From an uncultured delta proteobacterium (GTDB taxonomy: Bacteria; Myxococcota_A; Bradymonadia; REDH01): a stretch of DNA of 44,544 bases. Within the stretch, counting starts at the first letter, position 1; each line of letters begins with the position of its first letter. Positions 8,189 through 17,122 of this stretch are shown piece after piece. The translations under genes and the position numbers were made by a program. Location: contig CAIQPA010000291.1 in the NCBI GenBank assembly GCA_903873545.1, forward strand, positions 1 through 44,544. Reading direction: 5' to 3'. Under the pieces are notes generated by a model. That model saw only the letters and a list, made by a program, of their open reading frames with translations, did no database searches and was not told the DNA's origin.

Positions 8189-10036
8189 ATGGACGGAAAC
8201 ACGCATCAGCCAGCTCCTCGGACTGCCCCGCCAGGCGGTCTCTGGCTGTTGCTCGTCGCAGGGCTGCTGCTGGGGCTCGCCACGACGTGGAGGGTCACAG
8301 GCGACCCCGATGCCTTCTGGCATCTCGCAACAGGAAGGCTCGCCGCAGCGACCAGCTCCACACTCCCCACCGACCCCTTCTCCTTCTCCCATTTTGGACA
8401 GCCGTGGCGGGTCAAAGACCTCGGCGGCGACCTCCTCCTCTGGGGCGCCTTCTCCGTTGCAGGATATGCAGCCATTGCGCTGTTAGGTGCGCTCTTCTTC
8501 CTGCCGCTGCCCGCCGCGCTCCAGTCGCTCGCGCCGCGACGTGGCGGCCTCCTGCCCGTGCTGCTCGCCGCTCTCTACCTTGCTGCGGTTTCGATGAGCG
8601 CCACGCCCCGGCCGCGCCTCTTCACCCTCGCCCTCTTTCCACTCGCGCTGGTCCTCTTGGAGCAGGCCCGCGCGGCCGCGCAGCGCCGCGCACCAGGGCG
8701 TGAACTCGCCGCCTGGTTCGGGGCCACCGCGATGCTCGTGGTCACCTGGCTCCAGCTCCATCGCGGCGGCCTCGCCATCGCGCCGCTTCTCGTAGGCCTG
8801 CTCCTCTACCTTGTGACGGCACGACTTCTCGCGCGCTGGAACCCAGCGCGACAGCTCTTCGGGCCACCGCCCGATCGCCGTGGCCTCATCGCTGCGGCAC
8901 TGCTCACCGTTGCGCCCCTCGTTGCCGCCCTGATGCACCCCGCAGGCCAGGGACTGCTCACCTCCACCTTCGGTGTCATGAACACCGAAATCTACCGCCA
9001 GCATGTCTCCGAGTTCCAGCCCATCTCCCTGCACGAGGCCTGGCAGCACTTTCCGACGCTCCTTCTCCTCACCGCCTCCGCACTGGTCGCGGCCCTCATC
9101 GCTCTCCGCAGGCTCGCATCTGGCGATACAGCCTTCGCAGGCATCGCCTGGCCAGCGGCGGTCCTTCTCCTCTTCCTCGCCCAGGCGCCGGGGTCGGTGC
9201 GCTGGCTCCCCTATCTCGCCGCCGCCGCGATCTTGCTCCTGGTCTGGTTCGCCGAGCGCCAAGCCTTCCGGCTGCCAGCGTTGCGGTCGGCCTCGGCGGT
9301 GACTGCCGCCACGGCAATGGGCGCCGCGCTCATCCAAGTGACCGCGGTCCACGAACTGGGTGTGGGCGAGTCGCCGCAGATGCCGGCGGCCGCCATCGCC
9401 TTCGCTCAGACCCACACACTCGGGCCCCGCGTCCACAACGCCTTTCACTTCGGCGGCTACCTCATCTGGGCCGGCGCACCGCGCTTGCAGACGCTGGTCG
9501 ATGGCCGCAACGACATGGTCTTCGATGCACCGTTCTTCCTCGACTGCGTGACCGCAGAGGACGATCCTGCCGCCTTCCGCGCCCTCGAGAAACGAATGCC
9601 CAGTGACTGGGTGCTGGCCGCCAATCCCGGCGTCAGCCCCGCCTTCGGCTTCCTCGACCGAGACCCCGCCTTCGTGCCCCTCTTCTGGTCCGAACCGGCC
9701 ACCATCTACGCCCGTCGCGGCCGCTACCCTTCGCTCGAGGCGCAGGCGCTACGCTTCATTCGCCCCTCCGATCCCGTGGCCTCGCTTGGCGCGGCCCTAC
9801 GCGCGGCCGCTGGCGAGCGCCGCCAGCTTGCGGCAATCGAGGATGAGCTCCTCCGCATGCACGCAGCGTCGCCCGACGGCGTCCAGAGCAACAGCCTCCT
9901 CGTCCTCTTCTACGGCTCACTGGGCCCCGCCGCCGTCGAACAGCGCGACGCCTACTGGGGCCGGCTCCGTCAGCGAGCACCCGACCACCCCGCCGTGCGC
10001 GAGCTGGCACTCCGCCTCAACCTCCCCCTCGACTAG
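8189..10036 (+). CDS. Large polytopic membrane protein of unknown family (possibly GT-C-like) with a soluble C-terminal domain
   Basis: ORF 7907..10036, start taken at ATG 8189 (MDGNTHQPAPRTAPPGGLWLLLVAGLLLGL). DPDAFWHLATGRL and DPFSFSHFGQPW loops are followed by many hydrophobic helices. The C-terminal roughly 200 aa are hydrophilic. Confidence 0.6.
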   Translation: MDGNTHQPAPRTAPPGGLWLLLVAGLLLGLATTWRVTGDPDAFWHLATGRLAAATSSTLPTDPFSFSHFGQPWRVKDLGGDLLLWGAFSVAGYAAIALLGALFFLPLPAALQSLAPRRGGLLPVLLAALYLAAVSMSATPRPRLFTLALFPLALVLLEQARAAAQRRAPGRELAAWFGATAMLVVTWLQLHRGGLAIAPLLVGLLLYLVTARLLARWNPARQLFGPPPDRRGLIAAALLTVAPLVAALMHPAGQGLLTSTFGVMNTEIYRQHVSEFQPISLHEAWQHFPTLLLLTASALVAALIALRRLASGDTAFAGIAWPAAVLLLFLAQAPGSVRWLPYLAAAAILLLVWFAERQAFRLPALRSASAVTAATAMGAALIQVTAVHELGVGESPQMPAAAIAFAQTHTLGPRVHNAFHFGGYLIWAGAPRLQTLVDGRNDMVFDAPFFLDCVTAEDDPAAFRALEKRMPSDWVLAANPGVSPAFGFLDRDPAFVPLFWSEPATIYARRGRYPSLEAQALRFIRPSDPVASLGAALRAAAGERRQLAAIEDELLRMHAASPDGVQSNSLLVLFYGSLGPAAVEQRDAYWGRLRQRAPDHPAVRELALRLNLPLD

Positions 10037-11919
10037 GGCTCGACCCCGAGCGTCACCACCTGCTCTCGGCCCGCGCCCTGTTCCCACTCCACCTGATAGA
10101 GGGAATGCGCAGCAGCCTCCTTCGACGCGTCGAGCGTGATCATCAGCTGTGTGACGCCCGCGGGCAGACCGCCAAACCGGGCCTCGGCCATTCCGTCGGC
10201 CGGAATCTGGCCAGGCGGGCGTGTCATGCCGGCGAACCAGCCAATCGAGTCCGTGTAGCCCAGCCTGATCGAAACCGGTCGTGTTGCAGCCTCCGGAGGA
10301 ATCCGGAATCGAACCCGCGCAGAACCGGGATGCGCGGTGAACTGCGCCGGTGCGACCGGCACGAATCCCCGCGCACCGAACTGCGCCAACATGCCATCGT
10401 CTGCGCCCACGAGCAGCGTCCGGGAGAAGTGCACGCCCTGCGTCGCGATGCGGTCTACAAACCGCCGCCGTGTAGTCTCGCAGGCCTCCGGACCGTCGCA
10501 GGCCAGCGACCGCGCGAAGTAGGCTGGTGGCGCCGGCGGCGTCAGCACGCCGGCAACGCCGTGCACGGCATGAATCGCCGCGTTGCTGACCCACATCTCC
10601 GGCAGCGCACCGCCGTCCCACAGGGCGTAGTAGGCTGCGTTCTGAAGCGGTGAAACATAGCTGTTCGGAGAGGTGCGGCCGCCCGAGACCACAGCAGGCA
10701 TCACCAGCCCGGGGCCCGTCCGCCCCATCCGTGAAACCTCCGTCCGGACCTCCTCGCCCATCGCTGTTGCTCCCACGAGGCTTGCGCCGAGGAAGACCGC
10801 GATGAGCGCGCTGTAGGCCGGCAGAAAGAGCCGCCACTTCCCGCCCCAAGCGGCGAAGGGCAGCAGCAGCGTAAAGAGCGCCGCCAGCACACGTGGCTGC
10901 GCGTAGGCCCAACCCGGAATGTGAAACGGCACCGCGAAGTAGAGGCCGAGGAGCGCCGCGGTCGCTACGCCCACAAAGAGCCGCGTGCGGCGCCCACCCT
11001 CCGAACGCCCACGAAGGTGCAGCAGGAACGCAGTGAAGGCCACGATGACCGGCAGCAGTCCGAACGCGGAGAACCCGCCGAACGATACATCCCACAGGTT
11101 CGTAATCTGTTCCAAGAGCGGGAGTCGCTGCACGCCCAGCCCCTCCGAGACGCCGTTCGTTGCCTGTGTCGCAGTCACCACGAGCGTGGCCCAGATTGCG
11201 TAGAGCCCCCCCGGAAGAAACCCGATCAATGTCAGGCCGACCCGGGCAAACCGGGTGCTCAATCGGTCGGTCGCCAGCAGCAGCGCCAGCATCCCTGCCA
11301 CCACCGCGGTCAAACCGAACGCTACTGCGTGTGTGATTGCCAGCAGCATACCAGCCACCATCAACCCAAGCAGATACCAAATCTTACGACCCGAAAGCGC
11401 CCGCAGCGTTGCCGCAATCGTGAGCACCCCCAGCGCCATGCCGAGCGCGAAATTGTCGAATCCCATCGCCTGCGGAAAGGCGCAGGTCAGCGCCGGCGCC
11501 AGCAGAAAGCCGATGGGCCGCCGCTCGCCCGTTTCGCGACCGCACAGCAGCATCGCCGCCAGCAGCAGGCCGCCCGCCACCGTCCGCGTGAGTTTGCCTA
11601 CCAGCGCCGGCTCCAGCGAAGCGAACGGAACACTCAGATAGACCGACAGCTGCGAGGTTGGAGCGAAACGCCCCTCCAGCATCCCCTCGAACAGCCCCCG
11701 CTCCCGGAGCACCCGCGCAAAGAAGGCGTGCACCGGCGTGTCCTGGCCCGGCACAAAGGCCGGCACCCAAACAACCGCCAGTGCGAGCAGACAGAGAAAT
11801 ACCGCCACGGGCCAGTACCAGACCGCGTGCGGTTCAAACGGATTCTCCCGCGGCGCAACCTCTTCGTCAGCCTCGTCGTCCGCCCGGGCTACCCCCGACC
11901 TCTCGACGACAACCTTCAC
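10033..11919 (-). CDS. Large polytopic membrane protein of unknown family with a soluble C-terminal domain
   Basis: 628-aa ORF. An acidic N-terminus is followed by about 10 hydrophobic helices (WYWPVAVFLCLLALAVVWVPAF..., MVAGMLLAITHAVAFGLTAVVAGMLALLL...). The start overlaps the upstream stop, and the stop overlaps the convergent gene (CTAG). Confidence 0.6.
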   Translation of the reverse strand: MKVVVERSGVARADDEADEEVAPRENPFEPHAVWYWPVAVFLCLLALAVVWVPAFVPGQDTPVHAFFARVLRERGLFEGMLEGRFAPTSQLSVYLSVPFASLEPALVGKLTRTVAGGLLLAAMLLCGRETGERRPIGFLLAPALTCAFPQAMGFDNFALGMALGVLTIAATLRALSGRKIWYLLGLMVAGMLLAITHAVAFGLTAVVAGMLALLLATDRLSTRFARVGLTLIGFLPGGLYAIWATLVVTATQATNGVSEGLGVQRLPLLEQITNLWDVSFGGFSAFGLLPVIVAFTAFLLHLRGRSEGGRRTRLFVGVATAALLGLYFAVPFHIPGWAYAQPRVLAALFTLLLPFAAWGGKWRLFLPAYSALIAVFLGASLVGATAMGEEVRTEVSRMGRTGPGLVMPAVVSGGRTSPNSYVSPLQNAAYYALWDGGALPEMWVSNAAIHAVHGVAGVLTPPAPPAYFARSLACDGPEACETTRRRFVDRIATQGVHFSRTLLVGADDGMLAQFGARGFVPVAPAQFTAHPGSARVRFRIPPEAATRPVSIRLGYTDSIGWFAGMTRPPGQIPADGMAEARFGGLPAGVTQLMITLDASKEAAAHSLYQVEWEQGAGREQVVTLGVEP

Positions 11920-12737
11920 GCGCTGGTCCTCTCACCGAGCTGATAGAAGAGATGGCTGAAGACGGTCCGAACAGGCGTCGGGATCTCGCTCTCCTCAATC
12001 TTCGCCAACCGTTGCACCAGCTTCGGCACTTCGCCGCCCGCGTAGATGGCTTCGATGGGCGCCGTCCACTCCAGGTCCTCAACCCGGTCGCCGCCCGAAA
12101 GGTGCAGCCGCACATCGCGGAAGCCCGGCGGGTCGGGCCACCACGGCATGTCTAAATGGCCGAACTCTGCAGGATGCAGGCCGCGACCGCGGTAGACGTC
12201 GCGCACCCGATTGGGGAAGAAGTAGGCCGTCTCGCCATGCGTCCAGGGCAGCCGGAAGGCCGCGTGCAAAAGCTTGTGCCATGGGTAGCCCCAGTTGAAA
12301 CCGTTGCAGTGCACCGTCAGCACATGCCGGTTCGACAGCCGCGCCATCTCACCGATGATGTCGCCAAAATCCGGACGAAATCCTACCGACACGAAGTTCC
12401 AAACCAGGTCGAACGACCGATCCGGCAGCCCCGTTGCAGCCGGCGTCCCCTCATAGACAGCCGTCACCTTGTCGATGAGTCCGAGCCTGCGCCAGACATC
12501 GAGCCCCTGCTCTTCCGGGCGATAGAGCGTCACATGCACACCTGCCCGCGCAAGCGCCAAACTGTAGATGCTGGGCATCGCCTTCGCCCCGTCGGCCGGA
12601 AGCTCCAGCGCCGTCTTGATCCCCCGCTCCCGCACCAGCCGCGTGAGCAGCGCATCCAGCCGAAGCCGGTCGTAGGTGATGCCAAGCGGCTCTGTCTCGC
12701 GCTGCCGAACAGCGCCCTCAAACTTCGTCTGGCTCAT
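11916..12737 (-). CDS. Hypothetical protein, possibly a degenerate methyltransferase/Rossmann-like fold
   Basis: 273-aa ORF, translationally coupled at both ends. IKTALELPADGAKAMPSIYSLALARAGVHVTL ... FDLVWNF has the spacing of SAM-MTase motifs I-III but lacks a GxGxG box. Confidence 0.45.
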   Translation of the reverse strand: MSQTKFEGAVRQRETEPLGITYDRLRLDALLTRLVRERGIKTALELPADGAKAMPSIYSLALARAGVHVTLYRPEEQGLDVWRRLGLIDKVTAVYEGTPAATGLPDRSFDLVWNFVSVGFRPDFGDIIGEMARLSNRHVLTVHCNGFNWGYPWHKLLHAAFRLPWTHGETAYFFPNRVRDVYRGRGLHPAEFGHLDMPWWPDPPGFRDVRLHLSGGDRVEDLEWTAPIEAIYAGGEVPKLVQRLAKIEESEIPTPVRTVFSHLFYQLGERTSA

Positions 12738-14143
12738 ATCAACCCTCTCTGCCGATAGTACCGGTAGGTCGCACCCAGCATCTCTTCGACGCTCTGGTGT
12801 TTCGGCACATAGCCGAGTTCGCGCTCCGCGCGCGAAATGTCGATCTGGCGGTCGGCCAGAAACAGGTCGATCCGCTCATCGGTGATGGGCACATTCCAGT
12901 CTGGCAGGAACCTGCCGGCCTGCGCGAAGGCGCGTGCTGCCAGACGGGCCGCGGCCACCGGAATGGCGACGTGGGTCCGAGGTCCACCTGTCAGCGACTG
13001 CGCCACCTCCAAGATCTCGCGCATGGTGTGCCGGCCACCGGAGGTCACCAGATAGACACCGCCACCCGTCCCTCGCTCCGTCGCCAGAAGCAGCGCCTGC
13101 ACCACATCATCCACGTCGATGAGCGGCTTCTGGATATCCAGATTGTTGCCCAGGAAGGGAAACAGGCCCGCCTTCACCAGCTTGAACATCTTGAGCAGTT
13201 CGCTCCGCTCTTTGCCTGGACCGGCGATAACGCAGGTGCGGACGATGACCACATTCAGGCCCCGCTCCGCCCGCTCGAGCAGCAGCAGCTCCGCCGCCCG
13301 CTTCGACCGCTGATAGGGCGTCTTCGGCTGGCACGGGCTGTCTGGCCCCACCACCGCAGTCTGCGGTGCACCCATCGCCGCCGTGCTCGAGACCTGCACA
13401 AAGCGCAGCCCCGGAACCGTCATCACCTCGTCGGCCAGGTTGGCCGTTCCATCTGCATTGACCGCCATGAAGGCCGCATCGGCCGCGCGCCCCGCATCAA
13501 AGGTTGAAGCAACGGCGCAGGCGCAGTGAACCACTGCCGACACGCCCTCGCATGAACCGCGAAGCGATAAGGCGTCGGTCACATCACCCGTATGAACCTC
13601 ATCGTAGAGACCGGCAATCGGCCCCAGGTTTGAAGTCGGTCGCGCCAGCACCCGCACAATCCATCCAGCCGCCTTCGCTGCCGCAACCACGTGGCGCCCT
13701 AGAAAGCCCGTCGCACCGGTCACCAGCAGCCGCTTGGCGACCGGCTTAGAGGTTGGCGTCGAAAATTCAGTAGGCTCGCTCTTCGGTGCGGCCTTCGCAG
13801 CCGGCTTGGGCTCGCTCTTTGGAGCAGCCTTTGAAGCGGTCTTCGGCGTGGGCGTGGGTTTTGGTGCGGCCTTTGCAGCCGCCTTCGCAGCCGGCTTGGG
13901 CTCGCTCTTCGGTGCGGCCTTTGCAGCGATCTTCGGCTTGGGCTCGCTCTTCGGTGCGGGCGCTGCCTTTGCAGCCGTCTTGGGCTTGGCTGCAGCCTTA
14001 GGCGCCGGCTTGGGCTCGCTCTTCGGTGCGGCCTTTGCAGCCGGCTTTGCGGCGGGCGCTGCCTTTGAATCTGGTGATGGGGGGGCAGGAGCGGGCTTCG
14101 CCGCCGGGGTAGCGCGCTTCTTGGGCGTTGCGTCAGACATCAT
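12734..14143 (-). CDS. NAD-dependent epimerase/dehydratase (extended SDR) with a roughly 130-aa N-terminal Ala/Lys/Pro-rich repeat extension
   Basis: ORF 12734..14212. The SDR core has LLVTGATGFLGRHVV (GxxGxxG) and YQRSKRAAE (YxxxK). The N-terminus is built of AAPKSEPKP-type repeats. The start is uncertain: ATG 14143/14140 (MMSDATPKKR) or GTG 14212. Confidence 0.8.
   Translation of the reverse strand: MMSDATPKKRATPAAKPAPAPPSPDSKAAPAAKPAAKAAPKSEPKPAPKAAAKPKTAAKAAPAPKSEPKPKIAAKAAPKSEPKPAAKAAAKAAPKPTPTPKTASKAAPKSEPKPAAKAAPKSEPTEFSTPTSKPVAKRLLVTGATGFLGRHVVAAAKAAGWIVRVLARPTSNLGPIAGLYDEVHTGDVTDALSLRGSCEGVSAVVHCACAVASTFDAGRAADAAFMAVNADGTANLADEVMTVPGLRFVQVSSTAAMGAPQTAVVGPDSPCQPKTPYQRSKRAAELLLLERAERGLNVVIVRTCVIAGPGKERSELLKMFKLVKAGLFPFLGNNLDIQKPLIDVDDVVQALLLATERGTGGGVYLVTSGGRHTMREILEVAQSLTGGPRTHVAIPVAAARLAARAFAQAGRFLPDWNVPITDERIDLFLADRQIDISRAERELGYVPKHQSVEEMLGATYRYYRQRGLI
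13733..14128 (-). repeat. Imperfect in-frame tandem repeats encoding (K)AAPKSEPKP(AAKAA) units
   Basis: The DNA unit CTTGGGCTCGCTCTTCGGTGCGGCCTTTGCAGCC recurs with small variations along the plus strand. The peptide APKSEPKP occurs four times, plus a fifth truncated APKSEP copy before TEF. Confidence 0.8.
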
Positions 14144-14268
14144 CGACCAGGGTAGGGGGATCGTTCGGAGCTGTCGGAGCCGCTCGGCTTCGTTGACACC
14201 TCCGATCTCCACTTGTTACCTAGTTCGTCGCGTGAGCGGAAGTCCACGCGCGCAGCGGAGGTCATTTC

Positions 14269-15990
14269 ATGTCGTCAGGTGGTCGCCTCGGAGAACTTCT
14301 AGTCCGCGAGAACCTCATCTCGCTTGCCCAGCTCCAGCGGGCCCACGACGAGCAGCGCCAGTCGGGGGAGCGGCTTGGCTACACGCTCACCAAGCTAGGC
14401 TTCATCGACGAGACGGAACTCACCCAGTTCCTCTCCAAGGCCTATGGAGTCCCCTCCATCTCGCTGGCCGACTTCGACATCAAGCGCGAGGTCATCGATC
14501 TCGTGCCCAAGGAGGTAGCCACGCGCCACCTCTGCATCCCCGTCAACCGCGCCGGCGGAACCCTCATCGTCGCCATGGCCGACCCGTCCAACCTGACGGC
14601 CATCGACGACCTCAAGTTCCTCACCTCCTACAACATCGAGGTCGTCGTAGCCTCCGAGGCGGCCATCCGCGAGGCCATCACCAAGTACTACGAGAAGGGC
14701 GTCGATGTGGAGGGCCTCTGGCGCGACCTCAACTTCGACGACGCCGATGGCGATGGTGACGGCGACGGCGGCGGAAGCGCGGCCATCGACCTCTCCGACC
14801 TCGCCAAGAGCGCCGACGACGCACCCGTCGTCCGGCTCTGCAACCTCATCCTTGTCGATGCCATCAAGCGCAATGCCTCCGACATCCATGTCGAGCCCTA
14901 TGAGAAAGAGATGCGCGTGCGATACCGCATCGACGGCGTCCTCTACGAGGTCATGAAGCCGCCGCTCAAGCTCAAGAACGCCATGACCTCGCGTATGAAG
15001 ATCATGGCCCGGCTCGACATCGCCGAGCGCCGCCTCCCGCAGGACGGTCGTATCAAGCTCAAGCTCGGCAAAGACAAGGAGATGGACTACCGCGTCTCCG
15101 TCTGCCCCACGCTCTTCGGCGAAAAAATCGTCATGCGTCTGCTCGACAAGGGCAACCTTCAGCTCGACATGACCAAACTCGGCTTCGAGGCCGAGCCCCT
15201 GCGCGCCTTCAAGGACTGCATCCACCGCCCCTACGGCATGTGTCTGGTCACCGGCCCCACAGGCTCCGGAAAGACCACCACGCTCTATTCGGCGCTCGCA
15301 GAACTCAACAAGTCGAGCGAGAACATCTCGACCGCAGAAGACCCCGTCGAGTTCAACCTCCCCGGCATCAACCAGTGCCAGATGGCCGAGTCCATCGGCT
15401 TCAACTTCGCCGCGGCGCTCCGCTCCTTCCTCCGGCAGGACCCCGACATCATCATGGTCGGTGAGATCCGAGACTTTGAAACCGCCGAAATCGCCATCAA
15501 GGCCGCGCTTACGGGCCACATGGTCATCTCGACCCTGCACACCAACGATGCTCCGTCGACCATCTCCCGTCTGCTCAACATGGGCATCGAGCCCTTCCTC
15601 GTCACAGCGGCCCTCAACGTCATCGTCGCCCAGCGTCTCGCGCGCCGCGTCTGCGGCGAGTGCAAAGAGGAGATCCCCCTCGACGAGGCCGCCCTCCGCG
15701 AGGTCCAGGTCCCCGAAGAGCTCATCCCGATGACCAAGCTCTACAAGGGGCGAGGCACAGGCTGCACCCGTTGCAACGGGACCGGCTACAAGGGCCGCGT
15801 CGCGCTCTACGAGGTCCTCGTCATCAACGACGGACTCAAAGAGTGCATTCTCCAGGGATTCTCGGCCGCCGAGCTCAAGAACGAGGCCATCCGCCTCGGC
15901 ATGAAGACCCTGCGGCAGGCCGCCATCACCAAGCTCCTCGAGGGTGTGACGACCATCCCAGAGGTCGTCCGCTGCTCAGCCCCCGACTAG
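14269..15990 (+). CDS. pilB: Type IV pilus assembly (extension) ATPase PilB
   Basis: 573 aa. The N-terminal RLGELLVRENLISLAQLQRAHDEQ matches the MshEN-type c-di-GMP-binding motif. Walker A is GPTGSGKTTT, and the tetracysteine CGECK...CTRCNGTG is present. GGAGG lies 7 nt upstream of the ATG. Closely resembles M. xanthus PilB as I remember it. Confidence 0.95.
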   Translation: MSSGGRLGELLVRENLISLAQLQRAHDEQRQSGERLGYTLTKLGFIDETELTQFLSKAYGVPSISLADFDIKREVIDLVPKEVATRHLCIPVNRAGGTLIVAMADPSNLTAIDDLKFLTSYNIEVVVASEAAIREAITKYYEKGVDVEGLWRDLNFDDADGDGDGDGGGSAAIDLSDLAKSADDAPVVRLCNLILVDAIKRNASDIHVEPYEKEMRVRYRIDGVLYEVMKPPLKLKNAMTSRMKIMARLDIAERRLPQDGRIKLKLGKDKEMDYRVSVCPTLFGEKIVMRLLDKGNLQLDMTKLGFEAEPLRAFKDCIHRPYGMCLVTGPTGSGKTTTLYSALAELNKSSENISTAEDPVEFNLPGINQCQMAESIGFNFAAALRSFLRQDPDIIMVGEIRDFETAEIAIKAALTGHMVISTLHTNDAPSTISRLLNMGIEPFLVTAALNVIVAQRLARRVCGECKEEIPLDEAALREVQVPEELIPMTKLYKGRGTGCTRCNGTGYKGRVALYEVLVINDGLKECILQGFSAAELKNEAIRLGMKTLRQAAITKLLEGVTTIPEVVRCSAPD

Positions 15991-16015
15991 TCGAACTCCG
16001 GCGCAAGGCTCTGTT

Positions 16016-17104
16016 GTGGCCAACCTCCATCAGCTTCTCAAGGTCATGCACGAGCAGGGTGCTTCCGACCTCCACATCACCGTTGGAAGCCCTCCCCGCG
16101 TCCGTGTTGACGGCCACCTGCAGCAGCTCAACCTCCCCGCGCTGACGAGCGTAGATACGCGCCAGCTCTGCTACTCCGTCCTCACCGACAGCCAGCGGCA
16201 GAAGTTCGAAGAGAGCAACGAACTCGACCTCTCCTTCGGCGTCAAAGCGCTCGCCCGGTTCCGCGCCAACATCTTCATGCAGCGCGGCGCCGTCGCCGGT
16301 GTCTTCCGCCAGATCCCCTTCAAGATCCGCTCCTTCGACGAACTCTCGCTGCCGCCCGCGCTCGGCGAACTCGCCAACAAAAAGCGCAGATTGGTGCTTG
16401 TCACCGGCCCCACTGGCTCGGGTAAATCGACTACCCTCGCGGCCATGATCGACAAGATCAACGAGGAAAAGCACCACCACATCCTTACCATCGAAGACCC
16501 GATCGAGTTCCTCCACCCCCACAAGAACTCCATCGTCAACCAGCGTGAGGTCGGCTCCGACACAGGCGGCTTCAAGACCGCGCTCCGCTACGTCTTGCGT
16601 CAGGATCCCGATGTGGTCCTTGTCGGTGAACTCCGGGACCTCGAGACCATCGAGGCCGCCCTCCAGGTCGCCGAGACAGGCCATCTTGCCCTCGCGACGC
16701 TCCACACCAATGGCGCGATTGCCACCATCAACCGCATCGTCGATGTTTTCCCCTCCCACCAGCAGGACCAGGTGCGGGCGCAGCTCTCCTTCGTCCTCGA
16801 AGGTGTCGTCAGTCAGCAGCTCGCGCCCAAGGCCCACGGTACGGGTCGCGTGATGTGCCTCGAGGTGCTTGTTATCACGCCCGCCATTCGAAACCTGATC
16901 CGCGAAGACAAACTTCACCAGATCTACAGCCAGATGCAGACCGGCGGGAAGTTCGGAATGCAAACCATGAACCAGTCCCTGTTTTCGCTTTTGCAGCGCA
17001 AGCAGATTACCGTCGACGAGGCGATTAACCGCTCCACCGATGTCGATGAGCTCAAAAGTATGCTCAGCGGCCACGGTGGCGGTACTCGGCCTCACTCCTC
17101 CTAA
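16016..17104 (+). CDS. pilT: Type IV pilus retraction ATPase PilT
   Basis: 362 aa. MANLHQLLKVMHEQGASDLHIT, Walker A GPTGSGKSTT, and the AIRNLIRE PilT signature (here PAIRNLIREDK). GTG start. Confidence 0.95.
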   Translation: MANLHQLLKVMHEQGASDLHITVGSPPRVRVDGHLQQLNLPALTSVDTRQLCYSVLTDSQRQKFEESNELDLSFGVKALARFRANIFMQRGAVAGVFRQIPFKIRSFDELSLPPALGELANKKRRLVLVTGPTGSGKSTTLAAMIDKINEEKHHHILTIEDPIEFLHPHKNSIVNQREVGSDTGGFKTALRYVLRQDPDVVLVGELRDLETIEAALQVAETGHLALATLHTNGAIATINRIVDVFPSHQQDQVRAQLSFVLEGVVSQQLAPKAHGTGRVMCLEVLVITPAIRNLIREDKLHQIYSQMQTGGKFGMQTMNQSLFSLLQRKQITVDEAINRSTDVDELKSMLSGHGGGTRPHSS

Positions 17105-17122
17105 CAGACCCGAGCAACCACC

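Noticed and set aside
7201-8703. 500-aa plus-strand ORF spanning the methyltransferase gene and the divergent intergenic region
   Set aside because: It is an Arg/Pro/Ala-rich nonsense-like sequence, antisense to a methyltransferase with clear SAM motifs.
8483-11380. Minus-strand ORFs 8483..9448 and 9917..11380, and other long alternative-frame ORFs (for example 5397..6413, 19019..20125, 29993..30907, 31513..32653)
   Set aside because: All overlap better-supported genes in another frame or on the other strand, and all have an Arg/Gly/Glu-rich low-information composition.
13733-14128. Tandem repeats considered as a CRISPR array or mobile-element remnant
   Set aside because: The repeats are contiguous with no spacers, in frame, and translate to a coherent AKP-rich peptide continuous with the SDR domain.
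13734-14759. 341-aa plus-strand ORF beginning with GAAFAAGLGSLFGAAF repeats
   Set aside because: It is the reverse-complement reading of the AAPKSEPKP repeat region, and it continues out of frame into pilB. The minus-strand SDR and plus-strand pilB explain the region.
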